This document shows positions 32,019 through 44,176 of a stretch of 64,000 nt of DNA, piece by piece. A program made the translations under genes and the position numbers. Origin of the DNA: an uncultured Gemmataceae bacterium (GTDB lineage: Bacteria > Planctomycetota > Planctomycetia > Gemmatales > Gemmataceae). The notes below the pieces were generated by a model that was not told where the DNA came from, searched no databases, and was given only the letters and a program-made list of their open reading frames with translations. Location of the stretch: contig CAVVPN010000001.1 of NCBI GenBank assembly GCA_963750165.1, positions 416,001 to 480,000 on the forward strand. Reading direction: 5' to 3'. Each line of letters opens with the position of its first letter. The first letter of the stretch is position 1.

Positions 32019-35000
32019 TTACGTCGGAAATCGGAACCGATGCCTCCTTTGCCGGTAACGGGCCAGCAAGCCCCACAAATACCCGGGAGCCGGCAGAGCG
32101 GCCGGATCGCCGAACAGGGTCAAGGGTGCCCAGAACAAGGGAAAAGTACCAACGGCAATGGCCTCGCGCTGAGCCAACGCAAGGGCCGTTGGCAGTTCGT
32201 GCAGCAGGAGGTGACGGTAGAAGGACCACATGAGCGGCACCGTCTCCTCGTCGGCTAAGGGCCACAGACCCCCCAGCACCGAACGCACCCCAGCGCCGAT
32301 CAACCCCGTGACCTGGCCGAACATCCCCAGTCCCTCCAATGCCCCAACTTCTCCCGAGTGACAGGCGCTGAGCGTAACCAGTGCCAGACCTTGGACCGGT
32401 TCTTCCAACCATTCGAGGGCGTGAATGACTTCTCCCGATGGCAAGAGAAGTTCAGCCGCCAGCGGGTGTGCGCTGGGGGAGTCGGCGTGGCAGGCGAAGT
32501 GAACCACGCGGGCTCGAGCCAGCCAGCGGCGCAGTCGGGGACGGTCGAGAGTCTCCGACTGCAAGATCCGGCCACGCAGAAACGCAGCCGCCACCCCTTC
32601 GGCTTCTCGACTCGCACCGAGGAGCTTATTGGGAGTTACGATTGATGTCACCATAGTGATGACTTGGCCCTTCTCGCTCCTGCTGAGATCATGGGGAGGC
32701 CACAAATTCTTGAGCCGATCTCGGAGATCTTTGATTTGCTGTACTTGTTCCAGACGCTGGTTCTCATTCGTGTCTGCGACCATCTTCCCGTTACGGTCAA
32801 AAATGCGGAAGTGAAGCACGTTTTTTACGCTGGCCACAATGATCAGGTTCTTGCCCTCAGTTGGGATATCCTTTTCTTCATTCGGCGCGAACATCAAATG
32901 CAGATTACGCTCCATATTGGAGCTTTCGGCCACGGCGATCACCGAACGCCAGGCGCCCCGGCACTGCCGACGTTTACGGTGCTGGTGAACGAATAGCGAT
33001 CCACTAAAGGTGGTGACCACCGCAACTGATTCGATCAGGTAACGCCCCGCCAATCGCAGCGCGTGCAAGGGCACGCCGTGGAGGTCTCCCTCGGGTACCC
33101 ACAAAAGGGAACCCGGAGAACCCGAGAGGTCGGCGATGGTCGCGGCAAGCGCCGCTCCCAGGGGACCTCGGCCGAGTGCTTCCAAATGGCCGTCGAATTC
33201 CGCTCGTCGGCGCGGCCCCAGGTCGACGCGATCTTGGTAGTCGTTTATTTGATTGCGGACGCAGTTGCGCAGCCCGTTCAGCTGCGAGCGCACCTCCTCC
33301 GCCGACCCGGGTGCGAAATGCACGCAAGCGCGGGCATTTCTACTGACAGCGAGCGCGTAGACACCCTCCTCAGCCAGAACCGGTGCGAAATAGCGCGTAG
33401 CCGGGTGCAGTAGCCGCTGAAGATCGTCCAGATCGACCACCGCGGGCAGCAAGCCGCTCACGGGTCGTTCCCGGTCGATCAGGTGACGCTCGAATAGTCG
33501 ATCTCGTTCGGCGAGCAATTCTCCCTTGCGGGTTTCAAGCCAGACCCGGCGTTGTTCCGGCAAGTGGGTTCCGAGTTCACCATGGACTGCTGTTAGTTCA
33601 CACATCAGTCGGGCCACCTCCGGACGGGTCATCAAAGAGTCCTGAGTGCTTGCGGAGCCGAGCAACTCGAGAAGCAGCCGGCCACGCTCGCGCTCCTGCC
33701 AGCGAAACACGGCAGCCGCATCCCCTCGGCGACAGGCCGCGAGTAGGAGGTGGCGTAACACACTGACCCGTTGCCGGCGGTAGCCTTCGACAATGCCGAT
33801 CGATTCCGGCAGACGCGCCGCTTGTTGCTCAGTGAGCTCAACCACCTCCTCGAATAACCTCCGCGCCAGGCCCTCGTCACCCTCCACAGAGGCGGCCAGG
33901 TGGCCCTGAGCTTGGAGTGACCTTGCCAGCACCTCGGGCAGGCGCAAGGACCGTCCCAGCGTCTCCGCCTGTCGCAACCAGGACCGGGCCTCGTCAGCCG
34001 TAGCCGTCAACAGCCCCAGCGCGAGGCTCAGGCGGGCGCGCCGTTCGGGTCCTTCTGCCTCCTGAAGGGCCGCGGCGTAGAGCTCCAATGCGCGGGCGGT
34101 ATCGCCCTGGTTGGCCGCGAGTTGGGCTTGTAGTTCAACCGATGCATCGGCCACCTCGCCCCCCTTGATCAGGAGACGCACCATTTGAAAAAGGGGTTGG
34201 AGTTCATCGGGCAATTGCGCGGGTGACAAACGGGAGAGAAATTGGTCGGCCTCGTTGCGAACGGAGCGGTGCTGGCCCAGGTCGAGCAATACGAGAATCC
34301 GACGCAGGGCAGCTTCCTGTACCTGGAATGGCAGGCCGTATGACTGGACTTGCTGGTAGTGCTTCAGAGCATCCCCCAGATGCCCGCGGAGATGATCGAT
34401 CCGCCCGAGTTGTAAGAAGGCATCCGCCCGAACCGGATCGAGGACCGCTCCCCGGCAGCGTTCCACGGCGCGCAGCCAGCAAGCCCGGGCTCGACCAAGG
34501 TCGCCTGCTCGGTCCCAGGCGCGCCCCTCCTCACAATCGAGCAGCGCCAATTTTTCATGTTGCTCTGCTTCCTCCAGACGAATCCGGCAGCGGTGTAACT
34601 CCTCAGTCAGCACTGAAACATCGCCTACCATCAGACGCACTCGCGAGGCACGCAATAGCAGTTCGGGGGCGGCGGCGAATCCATGTTGCGGCACCTCGGC
34701 CAGAAGTTGCCTTGCCTCCGCGGGCCGACGGCTGCGCGCATAGGCCTCGGCCAGCAGCAAGCGCACGCGGCAACTGAGGTCGGACGAAACAGACCCGCAA
34801 TAGGGCAACAGAGGCTCCAAGAATTCGGCGCTCTGGCGCGGTCGGCCAGCCAGAAGGGCGACCGGAGCGGAGACAAAGGCAGCCCGAAAGGGTGGCGACT
34901 TGTCTGGGAAACGGGGATCGAGAGGGGTATTGGCGGCCTCATTGCGATAGTCGGAGGCCCGGCCCTCCGCGCCGGCAATGTCCCAGGCATCCAGGGCGGA

Positions 35001-35042
35001 CTGGATGCCGCGTTCGTGTGCGCGCATGGCAGAGGGGGTCAT
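32019..35042 (-). CDS. TPR-CHAT caspase-like protease with intact catalytic dyad and a ~98-aa in-frame insert
   Basis: TPR helices; WVPEGDLHGVPLHAL, VVHFACH, LVTLSACHSG, GLWPLAD, FWAPL. Confidence 0.92.
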   Translation of the reverse strand: MTPSAMRAHERGIQSALDAWDIAGAEGRASDYRNEAANTPLDPRFPDKSPPFRAAFVSAPVALLAGRPRQSAEFLEPLLPYCGSVSSDLSCRVRLLLAEAYARSRRPAEARQLLAEVPQHGFAAAPELLLRASRVRLMVGDVSVLTEELHRCRIRLEEAEQHEKLALLDCEEGRAWDRAGDLGRARACWLRAVERCRGAVLDPVRADAFLQLGRIDHLRGHLGDALKHYQQVQSYGLPFQVQEAALRRILVLLDLGQHRSVRNEADQFLSRLSPAQLPDELQPLFQMVRLLIKGGEVADASVELQAQLAANQGDTARALELYAAALQEAEGPERRARLSLALGLLTATADEARSWLRQAETLGRSLRLPEVLARSLQAQGHLAASVEGDEGLARRLFEEVVELTEQQAARLPESIGIVEGYRRQRVSVLRHLLLAACRRGDAAAVFRWQERERGRLLLELLGSASTQDSLMTRPEVARLMCELTAVHGELGTHLPEQRRVWLETRKGELLAERDRLFERHLIDRERPVSGLLPAVVDLDDLQRLLHPATRYFAPVLAEEGVYALAVSRNARACVHFAPGSAEEVRSQLNGLRNCVRNQINDYQDRVDLGPRRRAEFDGHLEALGRGPLGAALAATIADLSGSPGSLLWVPEGDLHGVPLHALRLAGRYLIESVAVVTTFSGSLFVHQHRKRRQCRGAWRSVIAVAESSNMERNLHLMFAPNEEKDIPTEGKNLIIVASVKNVLHFRIFDRNGKMVADTNENQRLEQVQQIKDLRDRLKNLWPPHDLSRSEKGQVITMVTSIVTPNKLLGASREAEGVAAAFLRGRILQSETLDRPRLRRWLARARVVHFACHADSPSAHPLAAELLLPSGEVIHALEWLEEPVQGLALVTLSACHSGEVGALEGLGMFGQVTGLIGAGVRSVLGGLWPLADEETVPLMWSFYRHLLLHELPTALALAQREAIAVGTFPLFWAPLTLFGDPAALPAPGYLWGLLARYRQRRHRFRFPT

Positions 35043-35737
35043 GGCAAACTTTCCTCCGCCCGTGCCGGCTCGCTGGCCCGGTCACGCAGCGCCAGAAAGA
35101 AGATCAGTCTGAACAGAGTAATGAGTATGCTGGCGACCGTCGAGTGCAAGAGAATCCATCGCTCGTAAGGTGCCAGGACTGCGTCCATTTGGTCATCACC
35201 GACGGCCGGGTTGTCGGCAACCTCCAGCAAAGTGAAAATGGGAACGCACTTAATGCCCAGCCAACTCACCAGGGTAAGCAACTCCACCACCGCGAGGGCT
35301 ACCGCTGTGCCGCCGAGTTGCCTGCGCAGCCGCAACAGGCTGACAGTGAACCAGAGACTGTACCCGATATCCGCGATCAACAACAACAGTGAGAGCAGGC
35401 CCACGATTAGCTCCAGATCGCTGCCCTTCGGGGGGTTGGCCAGGTAGATCAACTTTTTTAGGGAAATTGTGATCCAATAGCCCAGGCTGCTCCGGTACAG
35501 TGACTTGCTGCTGGTTGCCTGGCTCAAATGGAGCCACGTCAACAGGACCACGACTCCTGGCGCGATGGTGGCTGCATCCAGGAGCCCGTGCATCGTCAAA
35601 CCGGCTTGTGGCCGCCCCTGGAGCCACTCGATTGCGAACGAAGCGGCTGACAAACCTCCGGTGAGCAGTGTCGCCAGCGCGCCCCAGAGCAGGAGGCGGG
35701 CCAAAGATGGGGAGGGAACAAACGGTTGCGTGATCAT
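35039..35737 (-). CDS. Polytopic membrane protein
   Basis: Five to six hydrophobic segments; start and stop overlap both neighbours. Confidence 0.75.
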   Translation of the reverse strand: MITQPFVPSPSLARLLLWGALATLLTGGLSAASFAIEWLQGRPQAGLTMHGLLDAATIAPGVVVLLTWLHLSQATSSKSLYRSSLGYWITISLKKLIYLANPPKGSDLELIVGLLSLLLLIADIGYSLWFTVSLLRLRRQLGGTAVALAVVELLTLVSWLGIKCVPIFTLLEVADNPAVGDDQMDAVLAPYERWILLHSTVASILITLFRLIFFLALRDRASEPARAEESLP

Positions 35738-37853
35738 TCCTTGGGCTCCTTGTCAGAGATAAGAGCATCTACCCGGCGGGCCAGGCGCGGATCAAGGCGG
35801 AAGGCTTCGTCCAGGCTGCGGCGCGCACCGCGGTAATCGGAGATTTCACCGAGCAACAACCCGCGCTCAAAGTGTGCCAGCGCGTCCTTCGGATCAATCT
35901 TGATGACCTGCTCGAGGTCGCTCAGGCAACCGGGGCAATCACCATGGCGCTGGCGGACCATGGCGCGCAGCCACCAGCCTTCCTTGCTCGCAGGAACCAG
36001 TCGCACCAGCGCTTCGACATCGGTCCGGGCGAGGTCGAAGCGGCCACGGCGGATCATGATCCGGGCTCGCCGCGCCAGGAAAGTCTCACTTTTCGGGTCC
36101 CGGCGGTCGGGATCTCCGTGAAGGACGGCGGCGCACTCGGCAAGCTCCTTTTCGGCCCCGTCGAGACTCCACCATTGCACCACTGCGAGACTCCCTTTTC
36201 CGTCCCCTGCTGCTACCAGAGCGTGGCGTCCATCAGGGGCCTGGGACAAGGCCAAGGGCTTCTCCGGTGCGACGCGACAGGATCGCAACTTCGCGCCGCT
36301 GCCGGTATCATAAAGTGTCACCCAACCCGCATCATCCAATGCGGCCAACCACGGCCCCTGCGGAGCGAAGCGGAGCGTGTGAATCTTGTGCGGGGCGTCG
36401 AGAAATCGCCCCTCGGTTGCCGGGGTGCCTGGCTGGAGCTGCCACAACTGGATTCCTTTGGCACTGCCGACCGCAAGCGTCCGGCCGTCGGGAGAAAATG
36501 CAAGGGGGGCGGCCTTCACACCGACGCTCAAGGTGTCGAACTGGTAGCGCGTCGGGCCCCACACGGTCAGCAGCCACAACGAGCTGCAAAGGAGTAATCC
36601 GAGTACCGCGAGCGCCCCCCGATCCGCAACGTCCAGCGCAGCCGGCGCGTGTCGGACAACCGACCGCGGAACAGCACGCCCGCCAGCAAGACGGCGAGCA
36701 GGAATGTCGTCGCCCAACGAAGTTCGGGGAATACTGGGACTGGCAGGAGGTTCCACAGTAAAACCTCCTGCTCGGATGTCGCCACCGCGAGTGTTTGCCC
36801 GTCCGGGGAGATGGCCATCGAGTGCAAAGGGGTCACTCCCTCGTCGAGATCGGCTTCCTTTTTGAGACTACCCGTGATGACACGCCACCGGGTCAGGCGA
36901 TGACTGCGCTCCTGAACCTCGTTGCCCAACACTATCTCGATCGGGTCGCCGGCGACGATCAGTTCGCCGGTCGGCGTGAAAGCGAGGGCGCGGACGCCGA
37001 CGATATCGTATTTGGAACCGCCAGCCACGATCTCCTTGTCCTCCAATTTCCAGACCTGGAGCCAACCCCCGGGGCCGCCGTCCTGCGGATAGCCGCCCCC
37101 CGCCACCAGCACCTTGCCCGCCGCATCAAAAGCCAGCGCGCGGACGGGACCGGGATGTTCTCCCAGGCCCCCCGCTAACTGCACGGTGCCGGTCCTCCAC
37201 ACCTGGACAGTGGATCCCAGGCCCGCAGCCAACCACTCGCCGTCGGGGCTGATCGCCAGGCACAACGGCGGGTCACTGCGACCGTGTTCCAGTACGCCGA
37301 TCAATTCAACAGGGGCGAAGGTGCCGCGATCTTGCGGTAAAGATGCCGGATCAAACCGGTCGAACGGCGACTCGACAAGGGGAGGGGTTTCCGCCGGTGG
37401 TGTGGGGACCGCAGCGTACTCTGCCAGAGTGGCAACCGTGGCCGAGTACAAACTCCAGCCAGTCAGCGAAGCAAGGAGCCCAACCATGATCCAGCTACCC
37501 ACGCCGCCCGAGCGGATCGGGGGACTGGGCTTTGTTTGTGGGGATGGTGGCGCAGTGGGACTTCCAGAGGCGGACTCGAACGGCGGCTCAGGCTCAGGGA
37601 CCGGTTGCGCGGAACTCTCTGGCAGGGATGGGCCGATGGGCTCTTGGTCACTCGTTTCCTCTTGCGGGTCCTGAACTTCCAGGGGATGGCAACTCTCGAG
37701 ATTCACCACAGCTGCACAATGGGGACAGGTTACGACCTGGTCTGCCAACTCGGTCACGAAAACCGGGATCGCACAAGCGGGACAGGGGATTGATCGCGTC
37801 GTGGGCATATCGTGGAACTCCGGAACATCAGGGTTGGGGTTCTCACCGTTCAT
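35734..37853 (-). CDS. Zn-ribbon / TM / WD40 / TPR protein (two ORFs, probable frameshift near 36600)
   Basis: CPAC..CPHC; TM segments; LAISPDG and LAFSPDG WD40 blades; C-terminal TPRs. Confidence 0.8.
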
Positions 37854-39037
37854 TATCTATCTGCGGCCATCAATTTTTGCGCGACCTGTTTGGCATTTTG
37901 ATTGGTGTTGAGTTGGCAAACCAGGACCCGTTCCGACAGGGTCAGTTTCCGTGGCATGTTCTGTTCGATGTTCGCCAACCACTGGCGCCGTTCCTGCTGC
38001 GTTGGTTTGCGAAATTCATCTTCCTGAGCAGGCTGACCGGCGACGTCCTGGAGGCTCTTCGGGGAGGAGAGAGCGAGATGGTAATATCCAGATCTCAACG
38101 TCGAGTGGAAGTCGTGATGCCAGTCGAGTTGAAAGTGCAGTTGCCTCCGCATTTGGCCGGCTTCGGTGACGACGTCTCCTCCAAGAGCAGCCAGCCCCCG
38201 GGTCACATCCCCGCGTTGACCGGCCTGTGAGCCGGGCGGAGCTTCCGGGATCACCGGCCTGGCACCCACCTGGGGAACCGGCCCGATTCTGGGTTCTTCA
38301 GCGGGGGGCGGTACGAGTTGCATGTTGCGCAGGCGCCGTGCGATTTCGGGCTGGTCTTCTTGCAGGGCCCTGGCGATGAGCCCAAGTTGAAGCTTCTTGG
38401 CCAGTTTCGGGAATCCTGCCTCAGTGATTTCCTGGAGGTCCTTGATGAGGTCCGCCGGGTCGGGAGGCGTCTTCCAGGACTTTGCTTGCCATTGGGCAGC
38501 GTCTTCGGTCGCGAGCACCCCACGCCACAGACGGCGCGATCTCGCCGGCAGCACCTCGGCGCTCTCCTGAAGGAGGGAACCGACGGCCAGCACTTTCTTT
38601 AAGCTGGTCAACCCGTCCAACTGTTCTTCGTGGACGAGTCCCGCCAGCAGCTTGCTCCGTTGTCTGCCGTTGTCAGGAAGGTTGAAGAGAATTTGACGTC
38701 GGGACAACAGTGCTCGTTCTGTCCCGGCGGTGGGCACGCCCTCCACCCTGCTGATCAAGCGGGTGACGGGCATCTTGCCGAAAGCAACTTTCGAGGTAAT
38801 TCCGCCGAGAGACGGGCGCAGAGTAACCCGGAGGTTTCCCGGAGGGAAGTTAGGCCGAGGCCGCCCGGCACCGGGACCCGGGTTGACGTGGATCCCGGCA
38901 CCCCGATTAAACCGCACCCCGGCACCGAACGGTGGTTTGGGGAGAGGCACAGGCCTGCGGAAGATCCGCGACCAGTCCGCGCCACCAACCATGCCGACAC
39001 ACACCAACAATGCAACAACGGCGGTCCATTTCTTCAT
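37853..39037 (-). CDS. Secreted Pro-rich hypothetical protein
   Basis: Signal peptide MKKWTAVVALLVCVGMVGG; coupled to the downstream gene. Confidence 0.75.
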   Translation of the reverse strand: MKKWTAVVALLVCVGMVGGADWSRIFRRPVPLPKPPFGAGVRFNRGAGIHVNPGPGAGRPRPNFPPGNLRVTLRPSLGGITSKVAFGKMPVTRLISRVEGVPTAGTERALLSRRQILFNLPDNGRQRSKLLAGLVHEEQLDGLTSLKKVLAVGSLLQESAEVLPARSRRLWRGVLATEDAAQWQAKSWKTPPDPADLIKDLQEITEAGFPKLAKKLQLGLIARALQEDQPEIARRLRNMQLVPPPAEEPRIGPVPQVGARPVIPEAPPGSQAGQRGDVTRGLAALGGDVVTEAGQMRRQLHFQLDWHHDFHSTLRSGYYHLALSSPKSLQDVAGQPAQEDEFRKPTQQERRQWLANIEQNMPRKLTLSERVLVCQLNTNQNAKQVAQKLMAADR

Positions 39038-39167
39038 GAGCGTTTCTCCTCATCCCATCATGGAAGGCGATTCTGTTACGTGTAACCACAGCCGGAGGGC
39101 ACACTTTTCCGTCGCTTACGCTGGCGAATTGTATACCCACTTTAGGTCCCCTGATTCTGCACCCGCG

Positions 39168-42100
39168 TTACCCCAACCCATAAAGGGTCAGGGCTCCCCA
39201 TACCGTTGGGTCAGCGTGCGTTGTCCGCGAATGCAATTGGGCAGCGCGAAGCGCATCCCTGCTCGACTGCCCCTCCACTAACCTCCGGTAGAACTCCCCT
39301 AGCAACTCCCTCCGGGCCTCGTCCGGCACCGGCCACGACGCCGTCACCACTGCCCGCGCCCCGGCCACCACGAAGGCCCGCGGCAAGCCCACCGCGCCCA
39401 CCTCGGCCCCCGGTTCCTCCACCGGCAGGCTTGCGGACAGCACGACCACCTCGGTCTGCCCCAGTGCGATGGCGGTGACATCCCACGCCGTCAACCGTCC
39501 TTCCGAGGCGTCCTGGTTCGCGTTCGCCAGGGCCAGGCCTATTCGGCTCAACGGATTCTCCCACGCCGCCGGTCTCACCGTTGCCGGTGCCGTCTCCTTC
39601 GGGGGGACGGTTTCGCTCGCCGCCTCTCCCACGGCGAAAGCGTGCGTCGCCAGATGCAGAACGCGCGGCGCACCGCACTCCACCAACCGCGACTTCGCCG
39701 CCTCTCCGTCCACCCAGGCGCGCACGCCGAGCACCTTGGCGATTTGCTCGGCCTCCGCGCGCGTCCCGGGCAGGGCAGTGAAACGCAGCCGCGCGACGGC
39801 ACTGGGGCACTGGTTCGGAACTCGATCAGACTGATAAAAGCCAAGCTTAATCAGGCGCAGAACCGCTGTCCACAGCCGACTCCACAATTTTCTCCCCGAT
39901 TGCTGCAATGGCTCAACCGCGTCGTGCCGCTGTGGCGTCACCGGGCCGAAATCCGCAGCGCCAATGACCACGGCCGCCCCAGCTTCCCCCTCCGCCGGCA
40001 CCGTCCGTAGCAGGTCGCGGCCGGTATACACCTGGCTAATCGTGTAACGGTCGATGAGATAGCCGCCGTCCTCCGTCGGCAGGAGGTTGAAGGGCACGCG
40101 GTGCAGTTCGCTGTCGGGTGCCAGCACCAACCTTTGACAGCCGTCCAGGGCCGGTATCAGCCTGTCAAAGACCACAGAGCGCAGGGCCGAACCCTGCACT
40201 CGCAGAGCCGCCGTGCGCTCCGGTCCCGCCACGCTGGTCAACACACGGCGGTAGTCGGTCACCAGACGGTCGATGATCTCCGCCGAACCGAGGTCGATCA
40301 GCCGCACTGCATCGGGACGACCTGCCGGCAGCACGAACGCCAGGTAACGGGCCGGCGGCCGCGGTGCCTCGGCCTGCGTGAACAGTGTCCGGAAGTCCCA
40401 ATCCGGCGAGCGGACGAACTCGACCAAGACGCTCCCCTCCGGCAGAGCTGCCGCAACCGTCCGCCGGTCTGCAGTCCGCAGCCGCCGCCCAACGGCCAAC
40501 TCCGGCACCCGTTCGGCCAACTCCGCCTCCAGACTTTCCGCTCGTGTTTCCCAGTCCTCCAGCAAGCGCTGGTGCGTCACCTGACCTTCCGCCCCCGGAC
40601 CATTGCGGCGCCGAACCAACGCTTGGCGACGCAGCCAGTACAGGCTGCGTCAGCCGCTCCGCCTGGGCCGGGTGCTTCGCCTCCATCACTGTTTTGCGAC
40701 AGGCCGACAGCAACTCGACCCAAAGCGACTTGCGCCGCAGCACCACGTCGAAAACCTTGCCCGCCGCCTCAGGCGTGTCGGCCAGGCGCCGCGCGACCAG
40801 CGACAGGTACGTCTCGTAACGGATGTTCAGACCCTGCCCGCAGCTGGCTCGCGATTTACCGGAGTGCAGGGCCAACAGAGAAGGCAATAAGGCGTCGTCG
40901 AGGGCGGCCAACTGCTCCAACAGCGTCACCGCTTCCGCCTCCCGTCCCGTGGTCGCACACAGTCCCGCAAGCAGGTGCAAACTGACGGCGAAATCCGGAT
41001 GCTCTTGCCCCATCGCCGTCCGCTCCAGACGCAATGTCTGCCGCAGCAGTGGTTCCGCCGTCGCGATCTGCCCCTGGCTGAGGGAGACCTGGGCCAGCCC
41101 CTTCAACAGCGGCGCGTGCAGCCGACCCTCTTCGGGAGCCGACCGCCGCACCATCTGCAGCGCCTCCCGGTAGGTTGCCTCCGCCGCCCGGAAATCGCGC
41201 CGTGTCCACTCGTGGTCGCCACGCAGCTGCAGCGCGCCCGCCAGAACCGGGTGATCCTCCGGACACAGCCGCCGCAGCACCTCCAGGTGCTGCCGGACGT
41301 ACGGCTCGGCCGCCCGCCCGTCGCCGTAATTGACGTACAGATCGGCCAGGACGCGCAAACCGTCGGCGTACTCGATGTGATCCTTGCCCAAGGCCTTGCG
41401 CAGGATCGCCAAGGCCTGCTGGCAGTGGGCCTCGGCCTCCTGCCGCCGGTCCAGCGTCCATTTCAGCCCCGCCAGTTCGGTCAGCCAGCGGGCCAGGACC
41501 GGCTGGTTCGGGCCGTGGGCCGCCTGGAGGATGTCCAACGCCTGTTGGTACAACGGCTCCGCCCGCTCGTACCGTTCTGTGGCATGGTACAGTCTGGCCA
41601 GCGCGATCAGGTAGAACGCCGTGTCTGGGTGGTCGTCTCCGCGTAGTGCCTGGATCACTTCAACGGCCTGGCGGAGCAACGGCTCAGCCTGCGCCGGCTC
41701 TCCCAGTGCGTGGTATGTTAGCGCCAGGTTCATGTGGTCGGCGGCATGGAGGGGGTGGCCTTCGCCCGGCGTGGTCTGGGCGGCTTCCAGCACGTGGCGC
41801 AACAACGGTTCAGCCGCCAGGTGGTCGCCGACGGCAGCGTACAGTCGGGCGAGGTCGCTCGTTATTGGTATCAGGGGAGCTTCGTTACCCCTGAAAACCT
41901 TGCGGCCCAACTCCAGCGTCCTCCGCAACCCCGCCTCCGCCCGCTCGAAGTTGCCCCGGTCCTGGTAGACAAGGGCCTGCGTCCACGTGCTGCGGACGTA
42001 GCCGAGCGACTCCTCGCCTCCAACGGCGCGGAACACCTCCACAGCCTGATGGGACAGCGACTCGGCCTCGTCGAGCCGGCCCGCGAGGCGACACCACTCT

Positions 42101-44036
42101 GCCAGGGATTGCAAACTTTCGGCGAACTCAACCGAGGTCTCCCCTGGATCGGACCGACGAATCTCCAGCGCCTTGCGAAGATACTGCTCCGCCGTCGTCA
42201 GGTCGCCGACCTGCTGGTGGAGAATGCCAAGGTCGGTGCAACTCTCCGCGACAGCGGGATGGTGCTCACACTCCATCTCAACGCGCAGGGTCAGGACCTG
42301 GCGAAAGCGCACTTCGGCTGCCTGCAGGTTGCCCACGGCAAGGTAGAAATTCGCCAGGTCGCGCAGAGCACGAGCGAACTCGGCGCTACGTTCGCCGCGC
42401 TGACGCTCGAGATTGACCACCTGGCTAAACAGCGATTCCGCTGTGGTCGTGTCACCCAAATCCTGATACATGCTGGCCTGATAACGCAACCACTCGATCC
42501 GTTCTGGATGCGTCTCACCGCGCGCCTGAAGAAGGAGTTCGCCGAGTTCGCGGGCCAGCGGTTCCGCCTGGTGCAACTTACCTGTCTCCATGTACAGGAC
42601 AATCAATTGGCGCAATGCGTGCCGGTAGGTTGATTGTTCCTCCGGCGCCGCCGCGACGCAAGCGGCCTGTGCCTGCCGGTACAGCCCTTCGGCCTCCGCG
42701 TTTTCGCCGGCGTCCCGGTAGGCCTGGCCCAGGGCGCCCAGGGCAGCGGCCAGCAGACCGGGATGTCCCTCACTATCGGCCCTGGCTCGTTCCACGGCCT
42801 CGAAGGCAAGGGAGCGGGCCGACGCGAAGTCCTGGCGGTTGAGCAACACTTCACTCAAACCCAGCAACACGGGGACTACGTCGGCAGCGACGGCGTCGGG
42901 GGAGTTGACGACGATGTCCTGGGCCTGGTGCAGCAGCGGTTCGGCCTCGGCATGTCGGTTCTGCGCCACAGGTTAATGGCCAACCGGACCAAGGAAGTGC
43001 TCAGTGAAGGTGACGACCCGAACCATTCGCGATCCAGATCGACGGCCTGGCGAAAGAGCGGTTCAGCCTCTGCGCACTTACCGCCTTCCTGTAGAACGGC
43101 AGCCAGCGTCTGCAGACTATCGCTGAAATAGATGTGCTTCTCGCCCAGGGCGCGGCGGGTGATCTCCAGGGCGCGACGGGCAATGGGCTCAGCTGCGGCT
43201 GCAGTTTCAGGATCCTGCTGGCAGCGCACCAGGGCCAGCGTTTCGAGGCTGCTAGCGTAATCGGCGTGGTACTCGCCCAGAAGGCGGGCGCGGATGTCAA
43301 CGCTGCGCGCGGCGAGTCGTTCGGCTGCAGCCAAATCGCCCCGGTCCAGGGCGAACCCGGCCAGAGCGTTCAGGCTACGGGCGAATTCCGGGTGCTCTTC
43401 GCCCAGCGTCGTTCGGAAGATGTCCCTTGAGCGGAGGAGTAGCCGTTCCCCCTCGGCAAGACGGCCGCGCGCCAGGGCGATACGTGCGAGGATGGCCAAA
43501 CTGCGAGCGAAGTCGGGGTGCTCCTCGCCCAGGGCTCGCTGGCGGATTTCCAGCGCTCGCCGGCTCAGGGCTTCGGCTTCGCCCCACCGGCCCAACAGGT
43601 CGTACAGGGTTCCGAGATCATGTAGTGTGCTAGCGCAGTGAAGGTGTTCGTCGCCCAGTGTGCGGCGGCGGATGTCAAGGACTCGCTGGAAGAGGGTCTC
43701 GGCCTGCTTGCACTTGCCCATCGCCTGGCACAACCGACCCAGGTCGTTGAGGGCGGCGGCGTACTCGGGATGGTCCTTACCCTGAGTCGCACTGCGGATG
43801 TTGAGGGCCTCCAAACAGAGCGGCTCGGCCTGGCTGTGCTGGCCCAGTTCGCGGTTGGCTTCGGCTAACTGGCTCAGCATGTCGGCAAGTTGTGGCGAGC
43901 CTTCGCCGTACTCCAAACGGGCCTGTCCGCAAGCCTGTTGGGCCAGGAGAAGGGCCTGGGCGTAGCGGCCCTGCCGTAGTAGGTCCGTAACCTGTTCGTT
44001 CAAGTTGTGTATCATCTTGTCAGCCAGGATGGTCAT
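39168..44036 (-). CDS. Giant TPR (42-aa repeat)-CHAT protein of about 1600 aa, frameshifts near 42970 and 40630; catalytic Cys absent
   Basis: Many LGxxHPxxAxxL repeats; LAPDSELHRVPF, LPGTRAE, LHLATH, VVVLSASL, WGAL. Confidence 0.88.
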
Positions 44037-44176
44037 TTGCGCCTCCTCAATGGGTGCGTTTCAGCGCGCGAACTGGAGGACGTGCTCTCGGCACCAAAGA
44101 GACGGACAAAGGACTGACATGTTACAAAGAAATGTTCGACGTGGCGAAAAAGGATAAGGAAGCCGCGAGCAGGCGT

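Noticed and set aside
32628..32921. Intein in the CHAT domain
   Set aside because: No N-terminal C/S block A pattern, no TxxH block B and no terminal HN followed by C/S/T
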